A stretch of DNA of 64,000 nt from positions 158,837,607 through 158,901,606 of the forward strand of contig NC_068981.1 in the NCBI RefSeq assembly GCF_001194135.2, written 5' to 3'. A model generated the notes under the pieces. The model was not told the DNA's origin, did not search any database, and saw only the letters and a list, made by a program, of their open reading frames with translations. Numbering within the stretch: the stretch's first letter is position 1; every line of letters begins with the position of its first letter. Position numbers and translations under genes: made by a program. Origin of the DNA: Octopus bimaculoides. Taxonomy: Eukaryota. Of the stretch, positions 50,880 to 64,000 are shown piece by piece.

Positions 50880-52450
50880 CTAGCAGAGATACCCGACTTT
50901 GCTCGGGATTAAAATAGCATAGTTTAGTTTGTATATATATATATATATATTACAGTTTTGTTGAAACGTGATACGGGAAAATGCAGCATTGACGACAAAA
51001 CATTTGTGGAGTAAATGAAGGGCTAATTTGACTAAGCGATATGACATGCGTCCATTTGGGGATTCCAGGCCCTAACTTGTCATGGAAAATTGGGTATGGG
51101 GTGTATGTGATTTTTGAATACACTGAAAAGTTGTCAGTGGATATAATCTCCTTTGCGGCGGTCGGCGCTGCGTCTAACACGACCCATTGTATGGTTGACT
51201 GTCGAATGAATGTAGGTGTAATGGAGATGTTGTACGTAAATGGGAACATTCTGGAAAGAGGCTGCAATGGGAGACGGTAAAGGATGAAGTGAACTGTTGA
51301 CATGTTGCAGAAGGCGAAGGGTTGACTTTGGATTGCTGGTGTGGCTGTAGAATAAGAAACATAAAATGAGCCTATGCAGTCAAATGAGAATATGTAGTAA
51401 TAAATTACTTGATGGCTTACCGCGTGGTTGGTGGGAGTAATTGGAGAATATGCTTTGATACTGAAGTCCATGCAGGAAACTGCTTTGTTGAGGCAGTCTT
51501 CGGGTTTGTTCGTATTATGCCGAAATGGTATCCATCTTCATTCACAAAGAGCAGTGGATTTTGGAGCGTATCGCAGGATGTAGTAATTCCTACAAAACTT
51601 CTTGGTAAACAATATTCGTTGTTTTCCCTTGTGGAACAAATGCAAATTGATTTTTCTTTTTTGCTTTCCACTCTAGAGAAGCCAACATTTAATTGCACGT
51701 GTGAGAAGCATGACTCTTCCAAGTGAAGTTTGACCCTGGAATTTGTTGATATATATTGCGAAGTTGATACGAATAGGAAATTGCACTCTTCTGAATGAAA
51801 AGGAAATTTCTGCTCCCAATGGAATGAGAGGAATTCTGGGTATGAAAACTTCCTCTCCTTTTCCACACCCAAAGAAAATGGTGGCCTCGATAACATGTGG
51901 CATCATCTTTACCACTAGGCACGTCCCATTGCAGAGTGTTGGTGGATCCAAATTCCTCAATAACATTACTGGAGTTCCAATCTGTGGGGAGGTAGTCCTG
52001 GAGGTTCCAATGAATTGAGAAATTCCGTTGGATAATTTACCACCTCTTCTGGATTAACTGACTTATAGATGTGAGGACTTCCAGGAATGTATTGCAGCAG
52101 CTGCTCAATAATTTTACTTAAGTGCTGTTTTTTGGAGCCATTATTGCTCTTTCACACAGCCAATTGAGATTGTGATAATTTTTTGACTAATGAATGTAAG
52201 AAAGACAATCAATTTCTGAAAGTTACTTCGCAAAGAGTTACCTCCCTTTTCCACATAATCCAGGAAGGGTAGGTTTCTGCTCTCAGAAGGCCCGTTACTC
52301 ATTATGTGAAAACTTTTAAGAGTCTAAACCCTTTCTCTGAAACATAAGTAATGTATGTTCCCAGTTTGGAGAAGATCAATTGTGAACTTCAGAAGTTATG
52401 CGGGCTTACACACACATACACACAACCTCACTTTTATATGTATGTAAAGA
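50880..52450 (-). mobile_element. Internally deleted Helitron with helicase C-terminal remnant, extra 3' cargo and both termini
   Basis: MLLRNLDPPTLCNGT...IPRIPL...RRVQFPIRINFAIYINKFQGQT...PQGKTTNIVYQEVL*; 3' hairpin CCCGAGCAAAGTCGGG plus CTAG at 50880-50883; 5' TCTTTACATACATATAAAAGTGAG at about 52450. Confidence 0.85.
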
Positions 52451-53650
52451 ATAAAACGTTTTGAATGGTACAACAATGCACTATGATACAAACAATGGGC
52501 TATATACCTGTTGTAATTTAGTCATCCATAGTCTGATAATATTTCGGAATAAAATTCCTTCTTCAGATATTCTTAGATGGAGTCGCTGCTATAATCGGTT
52601 TTCCAACGGCTTTTCTTTTCTTTTTTTTTTTCGGAAGCGTCTCAGCATTGGTCTCACGAAGCCCCTTCCGGAATTCTTCTTGAGAAGTGCGCGAGGTCGG
52701 CCATGTCTCAATCTTGTGCGTGCTGGTACATCGGTAGCGCTGCTTCTGAGTTATGTATTATACATGCAGCTTCCTATCCCCCCCTTTTTTGTTATAAATA
52801 ATAGATGAGCATATTATCAAAAATGAACCTACACGCATCCAGATGTAGCTAAATAATATATTGATTACCAACCTCTAGCCTGTTGTTAATTTGGGGCCCT
52901 AGTCTGTGTATTTCTTATACCTTTCCAACTGTTTTTGACAAGGCATCCAGAATATCAGTGGGACCTCTTTTTATTCACTTGGGTATCACAATTTTCTGGG
53001 CATCATGTGACTTCTCCTTTGTTTGTGTTACCACCTGACAGCTGGAGATAACCATGACTGTTTGTTTTAGATGATAACATGCTGCAAGTTTACTCAAAGA
53101 TTTGAGACTTAGTATTGTAGACGACATTGCAGGACAAGTTCGCCATGCAGGGGGAAAATCTATGTATATATAGATAATGAACAACAAATCCACACGTTAG
53201 AAAAATTTAGTAAAATTATCACAGTTTAACCCTAGATCAACCTGACAGAAAAGACCTAAGATCAAAAGCAATACAGCTGAAGAAATCCCGTCTTTTTTCT
53301 TTGGGCAAGAAACCCAAGATCATATTCTCCAACGTGTTCCCCGCATCTTTTATTTTATTTTATTTTTTTAAAGCGGAATCTGTAGAAGATTTGACTTGTT
53401 TCTAATAGATTGAGCGACCACGTTGAAGTTACCTCGATGGTTAAAGAATGGTCGAAGAGTCTAGCGGAAATAGGACGAAGTTCGGGACCATATTGTTTTA
53501 GAATGATTTAAAGGTGAATTCTAGTTTAAGCACCCATATAACCCGTCATAACTTTTTTATTTTTATTTTTTGGAATTTTCAGAAAGTTTTGCGAATATGT
53601 ATTCTACACACGGGAAGTTATGCGATCATGAAAAAAAAAAAAAAAAAAAA

Positions 53651-54443
53651 NNNNNNNNNNNNNNNNNNNNNNNNNNNNNNNNNNNNNNNNNNNNNNNNNN
53701 NNNNNNNNNNNNNNNNNNNNNNNNNNNNNNNNNNNNNNNNNNNNNNNNNNNNNNNNNNNNNNNNNNNNNNNNNNNNNNNNNNNNNNNNNNNNNNNNNNNN
53801 NNNNNNNNNNNNNNNNNNNNNNNNNNNNNNNNNNNNNNNNNNNNNNNNNNNNNNNNNNNNNNNNNNNNNNNNNNNNNNNNNNNNNNNNNNNNNNNNNNNN
53901 NNNNNNNNNNNNNNNNNNNNNNNNNNNNNNNNNNNNNNNNNNNNNNNNNNNNNNNNNNNNNNNNNNNNNNNNNNNNNNNNNNNNNNNNNNNNNNNNNNNN
54001 NNNNNNNNNNNNNNNNNNNNNNNNNNNNNNNNNNNNNNNNNNNNNNNNNNNNNNNNNNNNNNNNNNNNNNNNNNNNNNNNNNNNNNNNNNNNNNNNNNNN
54101 NNNNNNNNNNNNNNNNNNNNNNNNNNNNNNNNNNNNNNNNNNNNNNNNNNNNNNNNNNNNNNNNNNNNNNNNNNNNNNNNNNNNNNNNNNNNNNNNNNNN
54201 NNNNNNNNNNNNNNNNNNNNNNNNNNNNNNNNNNNNNNNNNNNNNNNNNNNNNNNNNNNNNNNNNNNNNNNNNNNNNNNNNNNNNNNNNNNNNNNNNNNN
54301 NNNNNNNNNNNNNNNNNNNNNNNNNNNNNNNNNNNNNNNNNNNNNNNNNNNNNNNNNNNNNNNNNNNNNNNNNNNNNNNNNNNNNNNNNNNNNNNNNNNN
54401 NNNNNNNNNNNNNNNNNNNNNNNNNNNNNNNNNNNNNNNNNNN
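53651..54443. other. Assembly gap (largest). Other gaps at about 20370, 21049-21344, 24308-24545, 35898-36089, 42224, 49572 and 59980-60615
   Basis: Runs of N. Confidence 1.
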
Positions 54444-54953
54444 GGGTTGGTGCATAATTATTGCGGCTTTTTTTCAACAAATTTTATTCAACAAAAATAA
54501 CAACATACGCAGAGAGAGAGAGAGAGAGATTAACTGTACCCACAAAATATTTTTTATGACAAATAAACTAGCGACAAAACCACCTGAAATTTTTTCCGTG
54601 GTAGGTAAACTAACAGATACTAATTACACCTTGAGTAAGTGAACGGTACACATAATAAATAATAAAGGATGCCTCGAACACATCGTTACTTTAGCCACTT
54701 TTTAAATAAGTAATGAAATTATTGTATACAGTGCTCAGGTGCACTACAACATGCTTCGTTTTAATCATGCTCACCAAAACGAAAACAATAAATCTACTTT
54801 TTTAAAGGAAAAACTACTGTGTCTGTGACTACAAGTATCTGCAATAATTTTATCTCAAACTTCAAATACTGAAGTTTTAATATAATATGACTGTCCAGAG
54901 GTGGAATACTTTTCAATGGGTACATAGTTTACATAGATACCGAATTTATCAAC

Positions 54954-55030
54954 ATGCTTATTAACTGTAACACGAAAATCATCTCCGATCGTATAATTTT
55001 GGTACCGTACGAAGCTGCTCATGTACCAAA
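54954..55030 (+). CDS. NAT9: NAT9 (N-acetyltransferase 9) first coding exon (MLINCNTKIISDRIILVPYEAAHVP-K)
   Basis: ATG at 54954, phase-2 donor AA|GTAAGT at 55031; candidate acceptors give exon starts at 54899 or 54937. Matches the NAT9 N-terminus MRLNQNTLLLGKKVVLVPYTSEHVPR (from memory). The next exon (YHEWM...) was not found in the window. Confidence 0.85.
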
Positions 55031-55489
55031 GTAAGTTCTACTCAACCATACAAACCTATTTTTAAATTTTATTTAATGATTTTAAGTTTTGAAGTTAGCT
55101 CCTTATTTTGAAAAGAGCTACTTACCATGTCGTTTATCTTGATAGATCTATGACGTTTGTCGCTATGACAAATAACTTGTTTCTTTTATCAGTAAAACTG
55201 ATTTTAGGCTGAATCAATAGAGCATCGAATAAATGCCTTGTACTCACGAGTACTGGAGTCAATATCTTCGATGTCACTATTGACTTTTTGCGGTCCTAAT
55301 TTCGACATAACTACAGATTTCTGCCCCACCGACTTTGGATGATCATAACTTTCAGAAAAATGGATATTTTATAATGAAATTTTCTACGAATATATGTTAT
55401 ATCATGTAGATTCTGAATTTACAAAACTTTTGGGGAGAAAGTATTTTAGGAGGGGGTGGATGGAGAATTTCGGAAAATTCACCGGCATC

Positions 55490-56167
55490 CACTTCAATTC
55501 GTCTTAACTTTCGAGAAAATGGATATTTTTTAATGAAATTCTCTACAAATATACCTCGGACTATGTAGATTTCGAGAACATAGGAATTTTGAGGGAAAAC
55601 AATTGGGGGTTATTTTTGAGGACCGTTCCCCACTCAGGGTGTTTCGGAACAAGTTCATATTTGTTTCATTTTCTCCGTTTGTGCATCCGTAGATTTCTAC
55701 TGAAGCAACAAACGGGCCATGAAGGCAAATGAAGCCCTCACCAGAAAACTCTTTATGCTAAAAATAACAGCTACAGGTCTGGTACACAGAAGTATGTTAT
55801 TAAGACGACTTAACTGTTGCATACGATCTTTTGGATCTTTTCCTTAGAAGTGTAAAGTATAATTTGTTACATAATCTCTGTAAATATGATATTGAATGGA
55901 ATAATTCCTCGTTTGAACCTTTTTAATTACATGTGTGTGTGGTAGACATCTACGGATGCACAAACGCACACAAAACGGAGAAAATGAAACAAATATGGAC
56001 GACTTGTTCTGAAACACCCTCGAGTGGGGAACGCTTCTCAAAAATAACCCCCAGTTGTTTTCCCCCAAAATTCATATATTCTCGGAATCTACATAGTCCG
56101 AGGTATATTTGTAGAGAATTTCATTAAAAAATATCCATTTTCTTGAAAGTTAAGACGAATTGAAGTG
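55490..56167. mobile_element. MITE/fold-back element with TIRs of about 220 bp and CACT...AGTG termini (CMC-like)
   Basis: CACTTCAATTCGTCTTAACTTTC ... GAAAGTTAAGACGAATTGAAGTG; arms about 55490-55710 and 55945-56167; partial extra arm at 55335-55470. Confidence 0.8.
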
Positions 56168-58779
56168 TTGTAATCTTAAAAATCTCATTTCAGTAGTCTT
56201 TACAAACCCTATTTCCTTCAGTGTAACTCTCATGCAGAGAATGCTTATATATTGAATGTTGTGCCCCCAAACTAAAGCCTTACAGAATGAAGTCCCTATT
56301 TTAAAGGTGGGGTTTGTTGAAAAAAATTATGCTTCTATATTGACCTGGACAAGCAGCAACACAGCAGCTCTGTTTGTAATGTTTTGATTGCTCATTGTCT
56401 CAGAATATATGAATTTTGTGTCACACTGAGTACAGATTTTGTTATAACCTTATTGCAATGCTTTTAATGCGATTCTTTTCAGTTTATCATTCTAACAAAT
56501 AACTGTTAATAAGAAGTTGGTGTTAGAAAAGAACACTCCCAAAGATCTAAATAATAGATATTTGAAAAACATCATAATCATTTTATGTCTACTTTCTATG
56601 CTGGCATGAAATTGGATGGATCATCACAGTTAAGTCTGTTGGAAATTACTGCCCTCTCAGAGGATTGGAGGACTGTCTTGCTTATATGTTTCATTGTGAT
56701 TTTAGTTTCTATAGCTGGATGCCCTTCCTATCACCAACCACTTTACGGAATGTACTAGTATTTTATTGTGCTACCAGCACTATGGAGTTGCTTTGTACTC
56801 CATAAAATTTGAAGAGTCTTCTCTACCTTATGATGTGCTCATTCACTCAAGGTAACATGACTGAAAGGTAATTAGATGAATTAAAATGGTGGGGTGAAGG
56901 AAACCAAAGAATGTAAAAACAAATTGATGGGATGACAGAGTAGTAGATGGAATGAGAAAGTGATGGGTAGTAATAGATGTGGACAATCTATTGTTTCTAA
57001 AAACAAAATATTTTGAGTTATTACTTAGGAAACATATCTGTTGCATTGTTTATGTTTTCCTTTTCCTTTTTCTTTCTTTCTTTTTTTTTTTTTTTTTTTT
57101 GTTTTGGTTGACATTTTGAAATGTTAAACTTGAAACATTTGAAATTATATCAGATATAAAATAAGAGTAGAATTTGGTCTGAAATAGATTTCTCATCTAA
57201 AATTTTGAAAAATGATGTACTTTAAACATTCTTTCCCTCTCCGAGAACCCAGTCAGTGTGTCAACATATGACATGTGAGTTCAATTCCTATAGAGCTCTC
57301 AATTTTTATTCACTTTCACATTTGCTTTGTGTATCTGTACAACACCAGTTACAAACCAATCTTAATTTATTCATCACTAAATGAAATAGTGTAGCTTCAA
57401 CAACCTACATTCATCACCCTAACAAACATTAACATCAGATAAATAAAATACTAGCCATATCCTTAAGAAACAATACAAAATGCTACCTAGCAAACAATCT
57501 GTGGTCAGCCAACACATGTATATAATAACATCGCGAAACTATATTTTCTTGAACTCTTTACCAAAAGATCTGTTCTCTTACCCATTCATTTTAACTTATA
57601 GTTACAAGTTTGCCCAACACCTCAGCAAAACAAACACACAGCCTCATATACAGGCTGTGTGCATTATATTCCACAGACAGGATATGCGACTATTCTAAAT
57701 CCATACCAACCGCTCACAAACCTGGCTCTATGCAAATGAAATAGCTTTTCCAGATTTTATCTCCCTTTTTAGCAGCAACACTGGAGAACATCAGATATAA
57801 CCTATCACCCACACACATTCACACACCCATCGAGAAAACAGAATTGTTAAGAATTTTGTATGACCTTAACCCTAAAACAAAAGCAAAAAAAAAAAAAAGC
57901 ATGCAATGCACAAACACACCTAGAACACTCACAGGTATTATATTCAACCATAATAATGAAACAATAACATTGTAAATACATTATGGACTATGTGACTTCT
58001 GCTTGGGTTCCAATGTGTCCTTAAGAAATTGTAAATAACACAAAACAAGATACTTCATGTCATCACAGTCTGCACAATGATCACACCCAAAATACTCAAA
58101 ATGAATGACAACTTGGATATATGAAAGGTAGAGTTTGGTTGACTTAATTCACATATCTCTCAATCCTTTCAACTACATGTGTAATTATCCATAAACACGG
58201 TTACACTTTACAAAATATTTCTGCAGCATTATACTAAGAATAAGAACAAACAAACACCAACATATAACATACATGAAATAGCAGTAGCATCAATAACATT
58301 ATTAGAGTGAAATACGGCTGGGATGCTTACAATCAATCAGAGAGGAAGAGAAATTACAACAATCATGCTCCAACAAAGAACACTCTGCCTATACCTATAT
58401 CATCATCATTATCATCATCATCATCATCATCATTATTTAACATCCATTTTCTATTCTGGTGTGCATGGTTTGCTAGCAAGTCAGAAGATTGTATCAAGCT
58501 CCACTATCTGCTTTGTCATGATTTCTGTGACTGGATGCTTTTCCAAATGCCAACTATTCTACAAAGTGTTCTGAGTGCTTTTTACATAGCACCAGCAACA
58601 GTGAGGTCACCAAATAATTTACTAGACGAGACCTCCTATGATGAGGTGTGGGAGTAGTATTGAGGAAGGTGGCTTTGATGTACAAAACACGAACTGAATA
58701 GGGAAAAACAAAGTAACACTTTGGCACTGGTACATTGCATCCTACACAATAAATCACTGTATAGGTGCAAGCATGGCTG

Positions 58780-59163
58780 TGCGGTAAAAGGCTTAAGCAC
58801 CATCTGAATGTGATTGATGTCAGCCCCTTTGCCCTGACTGGTTCCTGTTCTGGTGGCACGTAAAAAGTACCATCCGATCATGGTCGATGCCAGCCCCACC
58901 TTGACTGGCTCCTGTGTTGGTGGCACGTAAAAAGTACCATCCAATCATGGTCGATGCCAGCCCTCTCTGGCTCCTGTGCTGGTGGCACATAAAAAGCACC
59001 CACTACACTCTCAGAGTGGTTGGCGTTAGGAAGGGCATCCAGCTGTAGAAGCACTGCCAGATCAGACTGGAGCCTGGTGCAGCTTCCTGGCTTCCCAGAC
59101 CCCAGTTGAACCATCCGATCCATGTCAGCATGGAAAACTGACGTTAAACGATGATGATGATGG
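58780..59163 (+). mobile_element. RTE LINE 3' UTR fragment with a (GAT)n tail
   Basis: GGTGGCACGTAAAAAGTACC repeats, GTGGTTGGCGTTAGGAAGGGCATCCAGCTGTAG, ACGTTAAACGATGATGATG. Confidence 0.85.
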
Positions 59164-61494
59164 TCCTGGGTTCAGTCCCACTGCATGGCACCTTGGACAA
59201 GTGTTTTCTACTAAGCCTTGTGAGTGAATTTGGTAGACAGAAACTGAAAGAAACTCATCATATATGTGTGTGTTTGCGTCTCTGTTCTTTACCACCTCTG
59301 GACAACTGGTAAAATGCATACTGGAGTAAATATTATGGTCATTAGTTGCAGACATGGTGCATCAGGTGCAGTGAACCTACGTATGACACTTATATCTGTA
59401 TCATGAGTTAAATCATTCAGGACTGACGTTGGTCCAAGAAAAAAGTAATTAATTCTCCAAATAAATAAATGAATGAAAAGAAAAAAAAAACAACTGCATT
59501 GCGGCAGATTTATAACTGGAGCCTGATGCAGCTCTCCACTTACCAGTTCCAATCAAACTGTATAACCCATGCCAGCATGGAAAAACGGACGCTAAATAAC
59601 GATGATGACAACAACTTATTTTGAGTAAATGTTTCCAACGTAGACAACAGGCCAGAAAATTTGGGGATAGTTGAGTTGATTAAACCAACCACAGTAATTG
59701 GTTGATACTATATTTTGACAGGCAATTCCAGAAGGAATGAAAGGCGAAGTTGACTTTGACATACAGCTAACATCTGGTAGATTGGGTAACAAAGAGCAAT
59801 AAAAATCGGCCAAGACTTCCGCCCCACCCAACCACCTTTCCCCCCAAATTTTTTTTCAACTCAACCCCCCGCCCTCCTTTTCGGCTACGGTGAATATGAA
59901 TCTGCAAAAAATTTGGCAAAAATCAGCATTTCTAAATTACCACCCACCCCCATTTCCTTCATTTTTTTCACTTTTTTAGNNNNNNNNNNNNNNNNNNNNN
60001 NNNNNNNNNNNNNNNNNNNNNNNNNNNNNNNNNNNNNNNNNNNNNNNNNNNNNNNNNNNNNNNNNNNNNNNNNNNNNNNNNNNNNNNNNNNNNNNNNNNN
60101 NNNNNNNNNNNNNNNNNNNNNNNNNNNNNNNNNNNNNNNNNNNNNNNNNNNNNNNNNNNNNNNNNNNNNNNNNNNNNNNNNNNNNNNNNNNNNNNNNNNN
60201 NNNNNNNNNNNNNNNNNNNNNNNNNNNNNNNNNNNNNNNNNNNNNNNNNNNNNNNNNNNNNNNNNNNNNNNNNNNNNNNNNNNNNNNNNNNNNNNNNNNN
60301 NNNNNNNNNNNNNNNNNNNNNNNNNNNNNNNNNNNNNNNNNNNNNNNNNNNNNNNNNNNNNNNNNNNNNNNNNNNNNNNNNNNNNNNNNNNNNNNNNNNN
60401 NNNNNNNNNNNNNNNNNNNNNNNNNNNNNNNNNNNNNNNNNNNNNNNNNNNNNNNNNNNNNNNNNNNNNNNNNNNNNNNNNNNNNNNNNNNNNNNNNNNN
60501 NNNNNNNNNNNNNNNNNNNNNNNNNNNNNNNNNNNNNNNNNNNNNNNNNNNNNNNNNNNNNNNNNNNNNNNNNNNNNNNNNNNNNNNNNNNNNNNNNNNN
60601 NNNNNNNNNNNNNNAAAAAACACCATTTTAAAATATTAATCTTCCCCCACCCTCCAAATTCTTCAATTTTCACTTTTTTCAGAAACTTTACAAAATTGTT
60701 TTTTCAGAATCATAATCTCTGTATTTTTCTACGTATTTCGCAAAAAAATTTCTGAAAAAAGTGAAAATTGAGGAGTGAGGGTGGTGGGGGAATTAAAAAT
60801 TTTTAAATGCCGTTTTTTTTTTTTTTTTTCAGAATCAGAATCTCCGTACTCGAAAATGGGGGGGGGGAGTCTGTAAAAAAAAACAAACAAAAGAAAACGA
60901 AAGGGTGTGCGGTCCACATTCTTTACGTCCGCCGACAAAAGCTGAAGCGAAACTCATCTCCCCCACTCTCTTTCTCTCTATGCGTTTGTGTGTGTAACAT
61001 TGTTGATGTTAGTTGGCGAAGGATATAAATAACATTAAGAAAACTGACAACCAAATGTTTTCGAAGTTCCTTTTTTATATTTATTTTGTACTATTACAAA
61101 GATGGCTCTTGTTATTCTCACTGTCAGAAATATAATGAACCAGTAATTAGCCTTCTGTAAATCTGTAACCAACGACATTACTGTTTACTAATCACGATAC
61201 AGCGCCTCAAAATGCTAATGAAAAATAAATAAATGTCTATTAGTAGACGTAGCTATTAAAAAAAAAAAAACTAATGTAATTTGCCTGACGGATTAACAGT
61301 AGAGTTATGTCCCTTGCACCAGTCTTTAATTGGATCAATCATTTATATTTGTTTCACTTTTCTAGTAGATTTCATTGACACATGGTTGAGAGATAAATAC
61401 ATGATGCAGTAATGTGTGTGATTCTTAAATAAGAATATTATTGACAGTGATTTCGAAGTTTCGGTCACTTAAGCCATGTCAATAATATTCTTGA

Positions 61495-61780
61495 TTAACC
61501 CATTACTTACCAGTGATTTCGTATGAGATCACTTAAAAATTACAAATTTCGTAATTATCTGTCAATATTTACACATATCTAACCTTTTTGCTATATCTAC
61601 TAGGTATATTTCTCTGATATTCAAATGAGGTTTGCTCATTTTTCACCCAATATCTCGCTTATTTCTATTTAAAATGTTATCTTGATCATTCCAGCGTGTT
61701 TCTAAGGCTGTTTTATGATAGAAATCAAAGTTTCATTAAAAAAATTCCAGTTAATACAATTATGGGAGGTAATGGGTTAA
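61495..61780. mobile_element. piggyBac-like MITE
   Basis: TTAA-CCCATTACTT ... AGGTAATGGG-TTAA. Confidence 0.7.
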
Positions 61781-62859
61781 GAATAATAAATTTGTACTCT
61801 AGAAATATAGAGTAACCCATCAGATTAACGTAAAATTGTTTTCATTATAACTGAACATAAAAACAAACATTAACATAATATAAATATGTGTGTGTGTATT
61901 GTTTTAGCCATTGGATTACAGACATGCCGGAGCACCACCTCCAAGAATTTTTAAACGAATGAATTGACCCCAGTACATTTTTTTTAAAGCCTAGTACTTA
62001 CCCTATTAGACTATTTTGCCGAACTTCGTAAACACACCAACACTGGTTGTCAAGTGGTGGTGGAGGACAAACGCAAACAGACAGGCACACACACATCTCT
62101 CTCTGTCTGTCTGTCTCTCTGTCTCTATATATATATCATTAACCATCATCATTTAACATCTGCTTTCCATGCTGGCATGGATTGGACGGTGTGATAGGAG
62201 CTGGCAAGCTCCAGAGCTTTCTTTCTACTTTGTTACCCTAGTGAAATTCCTTATACATACACACGCACGCACGTGCGTGGGCGCGCGCGCACACACACAC
62301 ACAGCGTGAGAAATATACAGAAAAAGAATGAGAGACAGTATACTAAATTTAAAGTGGGGAAGTTCACAATGAGAAAAGCATTAAAGACAGAGAGAGACAG
62401 ATAGTGAAAGCCACATAGTCAGATGCATGACTGACTATAAAGTTCTTAGTTTCATCAATAGTTATAGACTTTAATCTTATTTTCTGTTTGAAGTGGTTGT
62501 TAGTGGTATTACTATAGTAAGTAGCAAGGATTGTTGAGAATGATGATGTTAATATCATGGCAAGGTTTTAAAATTTTATACCTCGCTATTGCCAATATTG
62601 TAATTTCTTTTTGGAAGGCTATATTAACTAATGACATAATTGACTGACATTTTTGTTTCATGTTCAGTAAACACATTGTTATAAATGCATGATCAGTGAG
62701 TGAAGAAGTGTCATGCTCATGTGTATGATGTAACAGTTTACATTAGGGAGTTAACTCAACTTCCAAGCTTACACTAAAATGTTTATATTGTGTTGGTATG
62801 CTCTGTTGCTTGTCAAATTACTTTGTGTTGATAAAGATGTTTTTAGTTATGATGTTTGT

Positions 62860-63735
62860 CATGAAGTACATTTCAGAAGTTTGCAGACTTTTTTAGGACA
62901 TACTATTATAAATATCTGAGATTGTAATTTTAGTATATCATTACTATACATATAATAAGCTGACCTGTCAACTTTTGTTATTCCAGATCGAAGGAGACAG
63001 CTGTAACAGCACTTTGAAAACATCCTACTAAACATTGCTCATCACAGATGGTTAGTTTGCAGAAAGCAGTGGGGATGCTTAGAAGCTTGTTGTGCAAAAA
63101 CACTACAGAAATTTATCAAATGCACCAGACTTATTATAGATTAACTTTTTCTCTGGCACCAAAGTTTCATAGATGATAGAAAGGAGGTGAGAGATGATGA
63201 GCAAATTGGGAGTGAGAGGGACATCAGAGCTGGTTGAGGCAATTTGCAATTTTCTGGACGAAGACAATTTGTATCTATAAAGACAATAAGCACACAATTT
63301 AGAGTTGGTATGGCAACTGTACACAGAATTATTCATGGAAATCTGGACATGTGCAAAATTTGTGCAAAGTTTGTTTCCAGGGTGTTCAGTGTTGAGCATC
63401 CTGGTAACCAATTACTTGACAGAGATTGGCATCAAAATTGCCTCTCATCCTACCCATAGTCCAGACCTTACTCCCTGTGACTTTTGGTTGTTCCCCAAGC
63501 TGAAGGAGAACATCAGGAACAGTCATTTTGATGATGAAGGAGGCTGTGACAAAGGTCCTGGACACCTTCACTTTGGAGGACTTCCATAAAGCCTTCACAA
63601 ACTGGCTGGAGTGCCACAACAAGTGCATTGAAGTCAGAGGATCCTACTTTGAAGAAAGTTTGGGTTTTGTACTTCCCTGAAATTAATAAGGGTCTCTCCT
63701 GAAAAAGTCTGAAAACTTCTTGAATGCACCTTGTA
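62860..63735 (+). mobile_element. Internally deleted mariner element
   Basis: 3' TIR AAAAGTCTGAAAACTTCTTGAATGCACCTTG-TA; SHPTHSPDLTPCDFWLFPKLKENIR; MCKICAKFVSRV. Confidence 0.85.
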
Positions 63736-64000
63736 TATTTTTATTGATAGACAGTAGTTGAATGTAAGACTTGTGTTCTGTTTTATGATTTCTTTCTATT
63801 ATAGGCATAGCTATATGGTTAAGAAGCCCACTTTGCAACCATATGGTTTGGGATTCAGTGACATTGCATGGCACTTTAAGAAGTGTCTTCTATGATAGCC
63901 CCAGGCTGACCAATGCTTGGCGAGTTACTTTGGGGGAGAGAAACTATGTGCAAGCATGTTGTGTGTGTATCATCATCTTCATTTAGCATCTGATTTTCAT

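Noticed and set aside
53514-54500. Long ORFs containing X runs (also 20590-21753, 24153-24678, 35860-36564, 59885-60755)
   Set aside because: They stay open only because N gaps contain no stop codons; the real parts are TE remnants.
60880-61130. CpG-rich patch as a promoter or exon of a third gene
   Set aside because: It adjoins an unresolved repeat and gap, and no convincing coding exon could be linked to it.

Overview
AT-rich, repeat-dense animal genomic DNA with assembly gaps. The SINE, RTE and mariner families look like coleoid cephalopod (Octopus-like) repeats; this is inferred, not tested. Two host genes are recognisable although the ORF track misses their short exons. (1) The 5' part of TMEM104 on the minus strand, with coding exons at 37945-37901, 27169-27048, 19532-19457, probably 10370-10320, and 853-772; the gene continues left of the window. 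(2) The first coding exon of NAT9 on the plus strand (54954-55030). They are arranged head-to-head, the same divergent pairing I recall for human 17q25.1, with a likely shared promoter near 38.2-38.8 kb. The rest is intronic sequence filled with decayed transposons: Tc1/mariner/Tigger, Helitrons, RTE, L1/Tx1, RLE and CR1-like LINEs, tRNA-derived SINEs, Penelope-related elements carrying minimal hammerhead ribozymes, and several fold-back/MITE palindromes. No intact autonomous transposon ORF, true tRNA, rRNA or CRISPR array was found. TE boundaries are approximate unless TIR/TSD sequences are quoted, and family assignments come from motif recognition without database searches.
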